Part shown: piece after piece, positions 61,581-64,000 of the stretch
Layout: every line of letters starts with the position of its first letter
Position numbering within the stretch: the stretch's first letter is position 1
Source of the DNA: Harriotta raleighana
Lineage: Eukaryota
Reading direction: 5' to 3'
NCBI GenBank assembly: GCA_050575255.1
Contig: JBNZDD010013640.1
Coordinates: forward strand, 2,282,834 to 2,346,833
DNA: 64,000 nt
The notes under the pieces: model-generated
Seen by the model: only the letters and a program-made list of their open reading frames with translations
What the model was told of the DNA's origin: nothing
Database searches by the model: none
Made by a program: the position numbers and the translations under genes

Positions 61581-61900
61581 GTGGAGTGCTGCAGCTCAGT
61601 GGTTAGAGCATCGCCTTGCAAGTAAAAGGGAGACCTGGGTTCGATTCCAGGCAGGGCGAAACCTTAGGTAAGTTTCTTCACTCCACACATCCGATAATAA
61701 TCCCTCGAAAACAAAACAATAATAAATTGGTCATTTCAATCCATGACTGTTTGTGGGACACTGCTGTGCGCAATTGGCTACTGAGTTTCGCCCACAAATA
61801 TACAGTCCATTCACTTTACAGTATACTCAGTGAAGCGCTTTGAGATGTCTAGAAAACATGAAAAGTCTTATATTAAATGCAAGTGTATTATTATTATTAT
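61581..61900 (+). mobile_element. Young tRNA-headed SINE, full length
   Basis: gtggagtgctgcagctcagtggttagagcatcgccttgcaag...gggttcgattcc (intact B box)...aaatgcaagtgtattattatt. Confidence 0.92.
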
Positions 61901-62440
61901 GAGTAAGGCTCAGTCTAAAACAGACTGTAATTTTTTAAAATAACATTTTGCAACCCTCTTTCAATCCTACATAATCAGGAAAAAAAATACNCAGTCCATT
62001 CACTTTACAGTATACTCAGTGAAGCGCTTTGAGATGTCTAGAAAACATGAAAAGTCTTATATTAAATGCAAGTGTATTATTATTATGAGTAAGGCTCAGT
62101 CTAAAACAGACTGTGATTTTTTAAAATAACATTTTGCAACCCTCTTTCAATCCTACATAATCAGGAAAAAAATAAATNTTGCAACCCTCTTTCAATCCTA
62201 CATAATCAGGAAAAAAAATACAAACCTTTACACGTGATATCATTCCTTTCACATCAGGATAACATCTCAAAATTCTTCACCAGATTCATTGACTATCCTT
62301 TGTAAGTGAATGCAGCAGCAATCACCAACAAAAGACAAAGTCACTACATTGTTTATGTACAACACAGTTGTCTCACCAACAGCAATGGGACTATTTGTGG
62401 GACATTGTGGAGTCCTGTAGCATATTAGCAAATTACAATA

Positions 62441-62729
62441 AATAATAATAATCCTTGCATTTGATATAGTGCTATTCACGACTTCTAGACGCCTCAAAGC
62501 GCTTCACAAATTATACTATAAAGTGAATTGACTGCATATATATGGGTGAAACACAGCAGCCAATTGCGGACAGCAATGTCCCACAAACAGTCTTGGATTG
62601 AAATGACCGATTTATTATTTTATTGTGGGGGGGAATATTACTGGGCATGTGGAGTAAGGAAACTTGCCCAAGGTTTCGCCCTGCCTGGCAAGGCGAGTGC
62701 TCTAACTACTGACTCCACAAGGACTCCAC
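62441..62729 (-). mobile_element. Young tRNA-headed SINE (B-box region deleted)
   Basis: Tail, body and partial head in reverse orientation. Confidence 0.85.
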
Positions 62730-62736
62730 AATTATT

Positions 62737-63046
62737 GATTAGAGCACTCGCCTCACAAGCAATAGGACCCAGGTTCCATTCCCGGATGGGACAAAACCTT
62801 CTGCTCTTGGTCGTTAGTCAATCAGTGGATCACTTTTCGGGGCTAATAATCTCTTTCAAAAATAATAAATTGGTCAGTCAATCCACGACTATTTCTGCGA
62901 CACTGCTGTGCGCAATTGGTAACTGCATTTTGCACAAAAGTTCACACTGCAGTAAATTCTTTGAAGTGCTTTGAGACGTCTCAACTACATGATAAGGCGT
63001 TATATCAAATGCAAGGATTTTCGTTAATATTATTATTATTATTATT
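62737..63046 (+). mobile_element. tRNA-headed SINE, diverged, head-to-head with the previous copy
   Basis: ttagagcactcgcctcacaagc...acactgctgtgcgcaattgg...atcaaatgcaagg...(tta)n. Confidence 0.8.
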
Positions 63047-63919
63047 GCTTGTGGAACATTCTTTCAAAATAGAAAAGCAATAGATCATGTTGGGCCATGA
63101 CAGGAAATACCTATTCACAGTCCTGTCTAAATTAATTTACATTTCATGTAAAGTCATTTGATTTTGCTGCAGACCTGCTTAGGGAGTCTTGCAAAGAGTT
63201 AAACAATAGCTGTCGTGGATGATAATTACTGACTTTAATCTGCTGCCTTTCAAACACACGCTTTCTATCATACAACATCTGGAAAAGTGATTCTCTGCAA
63301 ATTTCTAACACATATATAGACTAATAGATGGCTGGCAATGTTTAAAGCTTTAATTTAACTGAGGTACACTGATGATGTGATAAACCACCAACACAAAGTT
63401 GGAGCAGCCAGTGAACATCCAGATTCAGATTGAATTGCAGCTTGAAACCTGCTGCTGCCTATTTTTGGCTAAGAATAATATAACACCAACTTTTTCAATT
63501 GTTAAAACAGTGCTATTTTAATTTTACTTCTGCCAGGTAATGTGCATCTTGAACACAGTTGTAAAATGCAACTAAGGGGATGCCAGGTGATAAAACAGAA
63601 ATAAATCTGATGAGGCTATTGTACTTAAGGTTATATGGCATAGTATGGCAGGACTAAAACAGTATCATTTACAATTGGCAGAAGGTTCATGTTTCTGGTA
63701 CATAAACTATGCAATGTATATTATTGAGTAGCCGAGAAATACCTATCTAATTCTTTGCTCAAATCATTCTTCATAGGGAAGGGATGACATTTGCAGTCAT
63801 CTTAGTGAGGAACATAAACATAAACCCTTGGGGAATAGAAAATGTTCATCTTTGAATGTTTGACGACCATCAATTTCTCATTTCAGGTATAGCTGAAGTG
63901 AGATAAAGAGTAATAGTCA

Positions 63920-64000
63920 CATCAACAACAACAACAACAACAAAATTACATTTATAGAGCGCGTTTCACGTCAGGAGGACGTCCCAAGGCGCTGGACAGA
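63920..64000 (-). mobile_element. L2 3' end with (CAA)n tail, runs off the window
   Basis: (caa)n aattacatttatagagcgcgtttcacgtcaggaggacgtcccaaggcgctggacag. Confidence 0.8.

Noticed and set aside
59736-64000. Searched for the preceding HDAC9 exon (SSPGSGPSSPNN-type)
   Set aside because: No matching sequence was found on the minus strand; the exon is presumably beyond 64000.

Overview
Vertebrate genomic DNA, not prokaryotic. The repeat content (SacSINE1-like Deu-domain SINEs, L2, CR1) points to a cartilaginous fish, plausibly a chimaera; this is inference. The window holds the middle of one minus-strand gene, class IIa histone deacetylase HDAC9. I resolved 8 coding exons at 59735-59598, 58801-58591, 55497-55271, 51328-51059, 15769-15592, 8089-7956, 5431-5311 and 3079-3030. 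They splice in frame into 1329 nt (443 codons), running from the TSPSLP / RTHSAP 14-3-3 region into the start of the catalytic domain (LPCGGLG). Both gene ends lie outside the window. Introns are filled with a young tRNA-headed SINE, older Deu-SINEs, L2 and CR1 fragments, a hAT MITE and an unclassified repeat family. Eleven single 'n' bases mark joins, most with duplicated, apparently allelic flanks. The most notable signals are five. (1) A polymorphic, LTR-like insertion with a 4-bp TSD and a tRNA-Leu(CAA) fragment, captured next to its empty allele at about 26.0-26.3 kb. (2) A GC-AG intron. (3) An intronic read-through that could give a MITR-like truncated isoform. (4) A 94-nt fold-back hairpin. 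(5) Long and short forms of a modular SINE. Repeat boundaries are approximate, and comparisons to human HDAC9/HDAC4 and to repeat consensuses are from memory, not from a search.
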